64,000 bases of DNA from assembly GCA_016218625.1 (NCBI GenBank), contig JACRDL010000065.1, positions 1,521 to 65,520 of the forward strand. The letters run 5' to 3'. Below are positions 8,782-17,441 of the stretch, piece by piece (the stretch's first letter is position 1; every line of letters begins with the position of its first letter). This DNA comes from Elusimicrobiota bacterium (GTDB lineage: Bacteria > Elusimicrobiota > UBA8919). A program made the position numbers and the translations under genes. The notes under the pieces were generated by a model. That model was given only the letters and a program-made list of their open reading frames with translations, did not search any database and had not been told where the DNA came from.

Positions 8782-10252
8782 TTATATTACCTCTTAAATC
8801 AACCAGATGAACCGCACAGGCAAGGCAAGGGTCAAAGGAACGAATAATGCGAACTATTTCAAATGGATTATTTTCGTCTTTGATTTTTGTTCCGATGATT
8901 GCCTGCTCAATAGGTCCCGGCTGTTCTTTATCGTCCATCGGAGATGCGTTCCATGTTGTAGGCACAATACACTGATAATTTTCTATCTTTTTATTTTTAA
9001 CTTTTATCCAATGACCGAGTGCACCGCGAGGACCCTCCGTTAATCCCATGCCTTCCGCTTCTTCTGGCATTTGATAGTCAGTAAAAACTGGTTCATCCGG
9101 ATTTAATTGCAAAACCCAATTTGACATATTATCAGCAACAAGTTTTGATTCAATTGCTCTCGCAGCATGCCGGCCGAGAACAGAAAACAGAACTTCCGGT
9201 TTCGCATTAAATTCTGAAAGAACGCTATCAACAAGTTTTTTAGTTGTTTCATCACCGGAAATATAATTTACTAAAATTCTGGCAAGAGGTCCCACTTCGC
9301 AGACATTACCTTCGTATCTCGGTGATTTAAGCCATGAATATCCGTCTTTTTTATCTTTTTTCGGGATTGTTTCTTCGTCAAGTGGATACTTGTGCGTCTG
9401 TGAATCATCATACCATGAGTATTTTACATCCTCGGTAATTTTTGATGAATCAACAGTTTTATATGTCAGGTCTGTTGAGGTTATTCCGCTTCTTAAAAGC
9501 CGTTTTCTTGAAAGGTAATTCTTTTCGCTGCCTTCCAAATCAAAAACACCATATGCAAGATAATTACCGCATCCCTTGCCGATTTGAAAATAATCGGAAT
9601 ATTTTTTAGCAACAAAAATTACATCGGGGATATAAACATTGTCAATAAATCCACGCAATTCATTCAGCCGCCACAGAAAATTTGTAATTTTATCAACCGT
9701 CGGCTTTTCAGTTACACCGCCGGAAATTATTCCTACATTATGCGGCATTTTTCCGCCGAAAATTGCAAGCATCTCGTGTGCTTTTCTTCTAATTTCAAGC
9801 GCCTTTATGTAGTGCTGTGTCAATTCGGAATTTTCTAATTCAGAAAGACGGTAATCACCTTCGTATCTCGGAATGAAAGGTGGAACATCGGGTGATTTAA
9901 CAAAATCCAGTGCCGCAAGATGATAAAAATGCAAAATATGCGATTGAATAAAATTAGCGCCAAGAATTAGATTTCTTATTATGCGGCCGTTATCCGTAAT
10001 TTTGTCGGCAATCCCAAATGCAGAATCAAGGGCAAGTGCGGAAGCGGTTGCATGGCAAATCGGACAAACACCGCAAATTCTCTGAGTGATTTGCGAGGCA
10101 TCACGCGGGTCTCTGTTTTTTAATATTATTTCAAGCCCTCTGAAAAGTGTACCTGATGAATTTGCCTCTTTTACAATTCCACCGTTAACGATTGCTTCAA
10201 TTTTTAGATGCCCTTCAATTCGGGTTACCGGGTCTATCACAATTTTTGTCAT
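8759..10252 (-). CDS. [NiFe] hydrogenase large subunit (group 1-like, Cys not Sec)
   Basis: DPVTRIEGH, L1 QRICGVC, L2 FDPCLACAVH followed by a 15-aa cleavable tail. Confidence 0.95.
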   Translation of the reverse strand: MTKIVIDPVTRIEGHLKIEAIVNGGIVKEANSSGTLFRGLEIILKNRDPRDASQITQRICGVCPICHATASALALDSAFGIADKITDNGRIIRNLILGANFIQSHILHFYHLAALDFVKSPDVPPFIPRYEGDYRLSELENSELTQHYIKALEIRRKAHEMLAIFGGKMPHNVGIISGGVTEKPTVDKITNFLWRLNELRGFIDNVYIPDVIFVAKKYSDYFQIGKGCGNYLAYGVFDLEGSEKNYLSRKRLLRSGITSTDLTYKTVDSSKITEDVKYSWYDDSQTHKYPLDEETIPKKDKKDGYSWLKSPRYEGNVCEVGPLARILVNYISGDETTKKLVDSVLSEFNAKPEVLFSVLGRHAARAIESKLVADNMSNWVLQLNPDEPVFTDYQMPEEAEGMGLTEGPRGALGHWIKVKNKKIENYQCIVPTTWNASPMDDKEQPGPIEQAIIGTKIKDENNPFEIVRIIRSFDPCLACAVHLVDLRGNIIGKYRTL

Positions 10253-11067
10253 TTTTCTTCGCTCCAGTGAGTTTTTTTATACATCGCTTCTAAATCGGGG
10301 AATTCCGGCTCTACACAGCCGATACAGGGAGAACCATTTTGAATGCACCAGTTGACGCCAGAATTCCAACTTCTTATCGGACAGTCAGCGTTTGTATAAG
10401 GTCCCTTGCAACCAAGTTCAAAAAGACAACCCTCATCGGAAAACTTTTTTGCGAATTTTCCTTTGTCAAAATATGGTCTTCTCTCGCAATTCTCGTGAAT
10501 AAGTTTTCCGTAAAAAAGTTTCGGTCTTGAAAGTTCGTCTAATTGAGGGATCCCAAACAATAAAATATTTGCAACCGTTCCGACAAACCAGTCGGGATGA
10601 GGCGGACAGCCAGGAATGTTTATTATTGGAATCTTTATATTTTTTGAATTCAAAAACTCTTGAACGCTTTTTGATTTTGTCGGATTGGGCTTTCCTTTTG
10701 GAATTCCTCCGAATGCGGAACATGTTCCGAGCGATATAATTGCTGATGCATTTTTTGATAGTTCTTCAACACTATCCTCCATTGATTTTTCAGCGACATC
10801 TCCGAAATCATTTTTTGGAATTGAACCTTCAACTATGAGTATGTATTCGCCGCTTTTATTTTTTTCAGCGTCAATAATTACATCTATTGCCGACTTTCCG
10901 GATGCAGCCATCACGACAGGCATAAATAAAAGATTGATGTGTTTTCCCGGGACAAGTTCATCCAGCAAAACATTTTTTATCGTCGGACTTAAAGAATTAA
11001 GCACCGAAACGGCACATCCGCTACAGGCAGCACCTTGAAACCAAATTACAGAAAATTCTTTTGGCAT
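10249..11067 (-). CDS. [NiFe] hydrogenase small subunit without Tat leader or TM anchor
   Basis: Starts MPKEFSVIWFQGAACSGC; GTCSAFGG, PGCPPHP, HENCERR, GCKGP, NWCIQNGSPCIGC. Confidence 0.93.
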   Translation of the reverse strand: MPKEFSVIWFQGAACSGCAVSVLNSLSPTIKNVLLDELVPGKHINLLFMPVVMAASGKSAIDVIIDAEKNKSGEYILIVEGSIPKNDFGDVAEKSMEDSVEELSKNASAIISLGTCSAFGGIPKGKPNPTKSKSVQEFLNSKNIKIPIINIPGCPPHPDWFVGTVANILLFGIPQLDELSRPKLFYGKLIHENCERRPYFDKGKFAKKFSDEGCLFELGCKGPYTNADCPIRSWNSGVNWCIQNGSPCIGCVEPEFPDLEAMYKKTHWSEEK

Positions 11068-11128
11068 TTTTTTGCTCCGATTATCCCGACGCTTAAGCGT
11101 CGGCTACTAATCCCTCGCATCGTTTTTT

Positions 11129-12832
11129 CTAAAATAGTCCAACAACTTTTCCATCTTTATCTATATCAAGCCGCGTGCCAGCGGGAACAGATGGGAGTCC
11201 CGGCATTGTTCTCATCTCGCCACAAAGTGGATACAAAAACCCTGCACCAATTGACGCACGAATATCACGAATCGGCAATGTAAAATCCTTCGGTCTTCCT
11301 TTCCAACTCGGCTCGTGAGACAATGATAAATGCGTCTTCGCCATATTTATCGGCAATTTATCCCAGCCCAAGTCAGTATAGAGTTTGATTTTTTCTTCTG
11401 CGGGCGGAAGATACTGCACATCTTTTGCACCGTAAATTTTTGATGCAATTGTTTCTATTTTTTTCTTGATAGCCCAGTTCAGTTCATAAAGAAATCGGAA
11501 TTGCATTTTTTTCTCACACGCCTTTACAACTGCTTTTGCTAATTCCATCCCACCCTCGCCGCCTTTTTCCCATACCTCAGAAATAACAGCATCTTCAGCG
11601 CCAAACTCAACTGCTTTTTTTCTGACCAGTTCTATTTCTGTATCGGTATCCGTTGTGAATCTGTTGATTGCAACTACTACCGGTACACCATGCAGTTTTG
11701 CATTTTCAATCTGTTTTTCTAAATTACATAAACCCTGTTCTATAAGTTCCAGATTTTCTTTTGTCAGTTCATCCGGAAGTGATTTACCGGCGATAACATT
11801 TACTTTGCCCGAATGCATCTTTAATGCCCTGATGGAGCAGACCATCACAACACAATTCGGTGTAAGCCCGGAATACCTGCATTTGATATTCATAAACTTT
11901 TCCATCCCGCAGTCCGCACCGAATCCGCTTTCTGTAACCACATAATCAGTCAATTTTAATGCAATTTTATCCGCAATGATTGACGAATTACCATGGGCGA
12001 TATTTGCAAACGGTCCTGCGTGAACAAAACACGGAGTGCCTTCTGTCGTCTGTAACAGGTTGGGCTTGATTGCATCTTTCAAAAGCACCGCCATAGCCCC
12101 TGCTACTTTTATATCTTCCGCAGTTACGGGTCTATTATCATATGTGAACGCAACTACTATTTTCCTTAACCGTTCTCTTAAGTCGCGTAATGAAGTTGTT
12201 AAGGCAAGAATTGCCATCGCTTCAGAGGCAACTGAAATATCAAACCCTGTATAAAGTGGTACGCCATCATCACCGGGGCCAAGCCCTGTGATTATATTTC
12301 TTAAAAAGCGTTCTGAGACATCAACAACATACCGCCATAAGATTTTTTTCGGGTCAATATTTATCTGCCTGCGATAAAGTGCATTATTCAAAAATGCCAT
12401 ACATAGATTATGCGCAATTGATACCGCATGGACATCACCTGTAAGATGCAGATTAAAATCTTCCATCGGTAGAACCTGCGAATAGCCGCCACCCGCTGCA
12501 CCACCCTTTATGCCAAAAACAGGACCGAGTGATGGTTGTCTGATAGTGGTGATAACCTTTTTATCAATTTTAGCAAGACCGAGTGAAAGCCCGATTGTGG
12601 TGACCGTTTTGCCTTCGCCGAGCGGTGTTGGTGTGATTGCTGTTACATCAATATATTTTCCTTGTGGTTTATCTTTGAGTCGTTCAAGAACTTCCAGTTT
12701 TATTTTTGCTTTATAGTCGCCATAAAGTTCAAGTTCGTTTTTTCTGAGACCGATTTTTTCTGCAATCTCCGTAATTGGTTCCAGTTTGATTGATTGCGCA
12801 ATCTCAATATCCGACGGTACATTTTTAGCCAT
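11129..12832 (-). CDS. fhs: Formate-tetrahydrofolate ligase
   Basis: TPTPLGEGKT, GIKGGAAGGGYSQ, HAGPFANIAHG, TESGFGAD, TMPGLP; GGAGG RBS before ATG 12832. Confidence 0.98.
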   Translation of the reverse strand: MAKNVPSDIEIAQSIKLEPITEIAEKIGLRKNELELYGDYKAKIKLEVLERLKDKPQGKYIDVTAITPTPLGEGKTVTTIGLSLGLAKIDKKVITTIRQPSLGPVFGIKGGAAGGGYSQVLPMEDFNLHLTGDVHAVSIAHNLCMAFLNNALYRRQINIDPKKILWRYVVDVSERFLRNIITGLGPGDDGVPLYTGFDISVASEAMAILALTTSLRDLRERLRKIVVAFTYDNRPVTAEDIKVAGAMAVLLKDAIKPNLLQTTEGTPCFVHAGPFANIAHGNSSIIADKIALKLTDYVVTESGFGADCGMEKFMNIKCRYSGLTPNCVVMVCSIRALKMHSGKVNVIAGKSLPDELTKENLELIEQGLCNLEKQIENAKLHGVPVVVAINRFTTDTDTEIELVRKKAVEFGAEDAVISEVWEKGGEGGMELAKAVVKACEKKMQFRFLYELNWAIKKKIETIASKIYGAKDVQYLPPAEEKIKLYTDLGWDKLPINMAKTHLSLSHEPSWKGRPKDFTLPIRDIRASIGAGFLYPLCGEMRTMPGLPSVPAGTRLDIDKDGKVVGLF

Positions 12833-12850
12833 ATTTTCCTCCCACAAAAA

Positions 12851-12878
12851 ATTATACTTAAAAAACCTATTTTGTCAA
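12851..12878 (-). promoter_or_regulatory. Consensus sigma70 promoter of the fhs (methyl-branch) block
   Basis: Minus strand TTGACA (12878-12873), 16 nt, TATAAT (12856-12851). Confidence 0.8.
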
Positions 12879-12966
12879 GATAAGCCACAGAATTTCACAG
12901 AAGTTCATAGAAGTTTTTTCTGTGTCATTTCTGTGTCTTTCTGTGGCGCCTTTCAAATTCCGATAC
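12876..12966. repeat. ~94 bp gccacagaa...ttctgtggc element, single copy
   Basis: caagataagccacagaa...ttctgtggcgcctttcaaattccgat; homologous to 15926 and 41356-41636. Confidence 0.85.
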
Positions 12967-12977
12967 CACTAAATAAT

Positions 12978-14171
12978 TCACCATAACAAAAGTTTTACTA
13001 TGCTATTTTTTTTTAAGAAAGATTTATTTTCATTAACTATCATAAAAGCATTTGCTTTTGAAAGCGAACCTATATCGGCAGAACCGCGATAATCGCTAAT
13101 CGGCAATACACTGATTTGATTTTTATTATCAATAACAAATGCCGGTACAAAATGTTTTCTGCCGGGGTGCTGCCTAAAATCAATCTTCAATATCCCGGAT
13201 TTTATATTCAATCCCGGGGTCATTCCCATCATTTTCTCGATTGCCGGTTTAATCATAACTAAAAATATCAGATATGCTGAAACAGGATTGCCCGGAATAC
13301 CGAAAATTATTTTTCTTCCCTTAATTCCAAAGAATACGGGTTTGCCGGGTTTAATTTTAACTGTATGAAATATTTTTTTAACACCGCATAAGTTCAATAT
13401 AGACGGTACTAAATCATAATCGCCTACGGAAACCCCGCCTGAAACAAGTAAAATATCATTTTTCATCTCTTCCACTATCGCTTTTTTTAGTTTTTTTTCT
13501 TCATCCCCGACAATACCTCTATATGCAACTTGCACATTCATCTTTTTAAGTAAGGATGACAGCATCGGACCATTACTATTATAAATCTTTCCCTTAATCA
13601 AATCATTCCCGGGCTCGATTATTTCATTGCCTGTATTAATTATCGCTGCGGTAGGTTTCCTATAAACCTTTACTTTTATTGCCCCAAGAGCGGAAATTAC
13701 AGAAACTTCAGGGGCTCTTATAGGTGTACCTTTTTTAAGAACAATTTTGCCTTTTCTTACATTTTCCCCTCTCAAAGATATGTTTTCACCTTGTTTTATA
13801 TTTTTCAGTATCTCAACACGCCCGTTCTTATTTTTCTTGGTATGCTCAACCATTACAACGGAATCGGTGCCTTTCGGCAGCGGTGAGCCCGTCATTATTC
13901 TGACGCATTCGCCTTTTCCGACAGTTTTCTTACAAATCTGACCCGCCGATATTATATCAATACATTTTAATCTCACCGGTATATGAACCAGATCCCGACA
14001 ACGGACAGCATACCCGTCCATAGAAGATTTGTTAAAAGGCGGTATGTTGCATTTTGCTTTAATATCTTCGGCAAGAATATACCCGAGCGCTTCATCTGTC
14101 GGTAATTTTTCGGTATCTAATATTTTCGCCCGAGCAAGTACCTTCTTAAATGCTTCATTAAAACTAATCAT
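12978..14171 (-). CDS. moeA: Molybdopterin molybdo/tungsto-transferase
   Basis: PPFNKSSMDGYA, IMTGSPLPKG, SGGVSVGDYD, KPGKP, PGNPVS. Confidence 0.95.
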   Translation of the reverse strand: MISFNEAFKKVLARAKILDTEKLPTDEALGYILAEDIKAKCNIPPFNKSSMDGYAVRCRDLVHIPVRLKCIDIISAGQICKKTVGKGECVRIMTGSPLPKGTDSVVMVEHTKKNKNGRVEILKNIKQGENISLRGENVRKGKIVLKKGTPIRAPEVSVISALGAIKVKVYRKPTAAIINTGNEIIEPGNDLIKGKIYNSNGPMLSSLLKKMNVQVAYRGIVGDEEKKLKKAIVEEMKNDILLVSGGVSVGDYDLVPSILNLCGVKKIFHTVKIKPGKPVFFGIKGRKIIFGIPGNPVSAYLIFLVMIKPAIEKMMGMTPGLNIKSGILKIDFRQHPGRKHFVPAFVIDNKNQISVLPISDYRGSADIGSLSKANAFMIVNENKSFLKKNSIVKLLLW

Positions 14172-15163
14172 TGGTATACCTTCACAGCAGACGCTTTGAA
14201 AATTACAAAAACTTCTTCATCTATATTCAAACGCATATCAAAAAAAGATTTCTTGGTAATAAAAACGTGCAGTGGAATACCGATATCTACAACCAAATCT
14301 ATAAGACCTTTTAATTCCGCTATACTGACAATTCTTGACTTAAAACTATTCAATGCACTGGAATAAATATTCTGTCGGGAAATAATAATATCGCTTGGGT
14401 CAATCGAAACTGTTGCCCGGCATGGCTTCTCTGCCACTGCATAAATTTTTACTCCATTAGTAAGTTCTGCCGCCTTTACACCACCGCAATCGGTCAGGTT
14501 AACAAAAAATACATTCCATAACGGGTTGGGTTCAATTCTACCGTTAACCAGATACATAATATCCGACGTGAATTTGTACGCCTGATTTAAGTCATGGGTC
14601 GTCATTATAACCGTTTTATTAATATCATTTATCATTGAATAAATTATATCTTCCGCTATGTTGATATAACCCTTGTCCAAGTTTGCCGTCGGTTCGTCCA
14701 AAAGTATAATATCTGTATCCAATACCATTGATCTTGCAATTGCCACTTTTTTTTTCTCGCCGGCAGATAATACCGAGCCATTTTTATTTCTTAATTCCCA
14801 CAATCCTAACCGTTCCATCACAGGCTTGATTATTTGCACAATCTTTTTTTTATCAACGGAACGGAATATTAACCCCTGCGATATATTATTAAATACTGTT
14901 GTTTTGAAAATGTAGGGTGTCTGCATTACCGATGTAATTTTTCTATTAAGGTTATCAACCGGAAAACCATAATTTCCGAAATTAATCTCACCTTCCGAAG
15001 GTTTATCTAAAAATCCTAAAAGATTTAACAGAGTGGTTTTCCCAGCGCCGTTGGGTCCGTATATTATATAAAATTTTCCCTGTTCAATGGTAAGTGACGG
15101 TATATCTAAAACCAAAGTATCACAATAATATTTTTTTATATTTTTAATTTCGTATAAATTCAT
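14168..15163 (-). CDS. tupC: Tungstate/molybdate ABC ATPase with TOBE domain
   Basis: GPNGAGKT, LSAGE, LLDEPTANLD, C-terminal SSALN...FKASAV; context with tupAB. Confidence 0.8.
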   Translation of the reverse strand: MNLYEIKNIKKYYCDTLVLDIPSLTIEQGKFYIIYGPNGAGKTTLLNLLGFLDKPSEGEINFGNYGFPVDNLNRKITSVMQTPYIFKTTVFNNISQGLIFRSVDKKKIVQIIKPVMERLGLWELRNKNGSVLSAGEKKKVAIARSMVLDTDIILLDEPTANLDKGYINIAEDIIYSMINDINKTVIMTTHDLNQAYKFTSDIMYLVNGRIEPNPLWNVFFVNLTDCGGVKAAELTNGVKIYAVAEKPCRATVSIDPSDIIISRQNIYSSALNSFKSRIVSIAELKGLIDLVVDIGIPLHVFITKKSFFDMRLNIDEEVFVIFKASAVKVYQ

Positions 15164-15172
15164 TTTTTATAT

Positions 15173-15208
15173 TCGCTACGCTCACCCCCGACTAAAGTCG
15201 GGGGCTAC
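15173..15208 (-). repeat. 36-nt GTAG-hairpin REP-like element, intergenic copy
   Basis: tcgctacgctcacccccgactaaagtcgggggctac; variant of the coding copies at 37502 and 56311. Confidence 0.85.
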
Positions 15209-15209
15209 A

Positions 15210-15902
15210 TTATTGGCTCTTTTTCACAAATACTTGAAACAATAAATTAATTCCCAGCGCAATTATAATTAAAATCAAACCGAGTGCGAGTCCTAATATA
15301 AATTCACCCTTCGTTGTTTCAAACGCAATTGCTGTGGTAATATTTCTGGTATAGTTTTTAATATTACCTCCCAGCATCATTGAAATACCGACTTCCGAAA
15401 ATACCCGCCCGAAACCTACAATTACGGCAGATAAAATCATTATATGCAATTCTTTAGCAAGTGTTGATATTGACTGAAATTTGGTTGCCCCCAAGGCAAT
15501 CGCTGTAATGTATATTTTTTTATCCGCATTTTCCATGACTGATAAAACGAGCGCAGTAATTATCGGCGTTGCAAGGATAATCTGTCCTATAATCATTGCA
15601 TATGGCGTATATAAAAAGTTGAACCCGCCCAAAAAACCTTTTCTGCACAGCATTGAATAAACAACAAGACCTATTACAACAGTGGGTAAAGCCGTTAACG
15701 TATTAATAATAGTTATCAAAATTTGTCTGCCCTTAAACTGATTTATAGATATAATAAATACCAGCGACATGCTAAAAATTGCAGCAATTAAAACGGATGT
15801 ACCTGTTATCCAAAGCGATGTCCATGAGATTTGTAAAATGTTTCCGTCCAATGTAAATATCAAAAAAAATGCTTTCCCTAAACTATCAAAAAAATAACTC
15901 AT
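15210..15902 (-). CDS. tupB: Tungstate ABC permease
   Basis: LPTVVIGL, FGRVFSEVG, GGNI...TRNITTAI; start placed after the repeat element. Confidence 0.88.
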   Translation of the reverse strand: MSYFFDSLGKAFFLIFTLDGNILQISWTSLWITGTSVLIAAIFSMSLVFIISINQFKGRQILITIINTLTALPTVVIGLVVYSMLCRKGFLGGFNFLYTPYAMIIGQIILATPIITALVLSVMENADKKIYITAIALGATKFQSISTLAKELHIMILSAVIVGFGRVFSEVGISMMLGGNIKNYTRNITTAIAFETTKGEFILGLALGLILIIIALGINLLFQVFVKKSQ

Positions 15903-15925
15903 AATTTTTGTGTAATCAATTTGAA

Positions 15926-16034
15926 CAAGATAAGCCACAGAATGTCACAGAATTTCACAGAAGTTTTTTCTGTGCTGTTTCGGCGACTGTCCCGCTTGCG
16001 GGATAATTCTGTGGCGCCTTTCAAATTCCGATGC
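15926..16034. repeat. ~94 bp element copy with nested tcccgcttgcggga hairpin; overlaps tupA stop
   Basis: caagataagccacagaatgtcacagaatttcacagaa...ttctgtggcgcctttcaaattccgatgc. Confidence 0.85.
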
Positions 16035-16866
16035 TCTGAAATAATTGTTTGTTTTTTATCTTAAATTTATTTATCAGTTCTTTGGCCTCTTTTGAAGAAA
16101 GCCATCCGACGAATTGTTTTGCCTCATTATATTTTATCTGTTTATGTAAATTGGGATTGACAATTATGACGGAATACGGATTGTTTAAAATTTTATCTCC
16201 TTCAAAAAGCACACCCAAATCAATTTTATCTTCATATGAAATAAAAGTTGCCCTATCCGTCAAACAATACCCATTTTTTTCATTTGCAATAATAAGTGTC
16301 TCTCCCATTCCCTGTCCCGTTTCCACATACCATTGACCTTTCGGAGAAACATTACACCGATTCCATATTTCAAGTTCTTTTATATGTGTTCCCGAATTAT
16401 CTCCCCGGGATATAAATATAAGTTTTTCTTCAACGATTCTTTTAAACATATCAACAACCTTTTTTAAATTCCTAATTTTAGCAGCATTTTTTTCGGGTCC
16501 AACAATAATAAAATCATTATAAAATACCGGTTTTCTATCTATTCCAAAACCTTTTTTTACAAAATTTTCTTCCGCTAGCGGGTCATGGACCAAAACAATA
16601 TCAACATCGCCATTTTCGGCAAGTTTTAGCGCTTTACCGGACCCTACGGCAATGATTTGTATTTTGCTCCCGTATTTTTTTTCAAAAACAGGCAAAAGAA
16701 AATCCATTAGACCGGAATTTTCTACGCTGGTTGTTGTGGCCATCTTGAGAATTGGTAATTTAGGAGCGCAACCGATAAAGACAGTGAACAGTAAAGTCAA
16801 AACCCACCACTTCCTACTTCCGCGTCTGTTCTGCGTCTTGTTCCGCACCTGTTCCGTGTTTTTCAT
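16021..16866 (-). CDS. tupA: Tungstate-binding lipoprotein
   Basis: ATTTS motif, SRGDNSGTH, GQGMG, DRATF, NPYSVI; lipobox-like FIGC. Confidence 0.92.
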   Translation of the reverse strand: MKNTEQVRNKTQNRRGSRKWWVLTLLFTVFIGCAPKLPILKMATTTSVENSGLMDFLLPVFEKKYGSKIQIIAVGSGKALKLAENGDVDIVLVHDPLAEENFVKKGFGIDRKPVFYNDFIIVGPEKNAAKIRNLKKVVDMFKRIVEEKLIFISRGDNSGTHIKELEIWNRCNVSPKGQWYVETGQGMGETLIIANEKNGYCLTDRATFISYEDKIDLGVLFEGDKILNNPYSVIIVNPNLHKQIKYNEAKQFVGWLSSKEAKELINKFKIKNKQLFQSIGI

Positions 16867-17438
16867 CTCTGCTCCATATCTTTTGGTGTATTAATACTAA
16901 ATACTGATAATTCTTCTTTTTCGTTTAACTTTATGTATTCGCAGAAAAATTTTGAAACCGTTTTATTGACAGAAAACTCACGTTTTTTGAGAGATTCTTC
17001 AATATAAGGAGCGATTTTTTTGCTATACGCCGCGAATAACGGCTCCATTCCTTTATGCGTATACGGAACCACACAATCGGCGCGGGTTTTTGGCACTCTT
17101 TTTATAATTCTTCCTATCAGATTTTTATCAATATAGGGCATATCGCAGGCGACAAAAAAAGCGTATTCCGTATTTATTGTTTTCAACCCCGTATAAATTC
17201 CGCCGAGAGGTCCGCAGTTTTTTATAATATCACTGACGATATTAATATCATTGAATTCGGAAAAATCCCGAGAATTATTTGTAACGATTATTATTTCAGA
17301 AAAAATATTTTCAAGAACGCCCAGCATTATGTCAATAATTCTCTCTTTGCCGATTTTAAGTAATGCCTTGTTATAGCCGGAAAACCTTGTGTTTTTTCCG
17401 CCGGCTAAAATAACAGCGGAAATATTTTTATCTTTCAT
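16863..17438 (-). CDS. mobA: Molybdenum cofactor guanylyltransferase
   Basis: ILAGG...RF...NKA, GPLGGI, VACDMP, INTPKD. Confidence 0.92.
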   Translation of the reverse strand: MKDKNISAVILAGGKNTRFSGYNKALLKIGKERIIDIMLGVLENIFSEIIIVTNNSRDFSEFNDINIVSDIIKNCGPLGGIYTGLKTINTEYAFFVACDMPYIDKNLIGRIIKRVPKTRADCVVPYTHKGMEPLFAAYSKKIAPYIEESLKKREFSVNKTVSKFFCEYIKLNEKEELSVFSINTPKDMEQR

Positions 17439-17441
17439 AAT

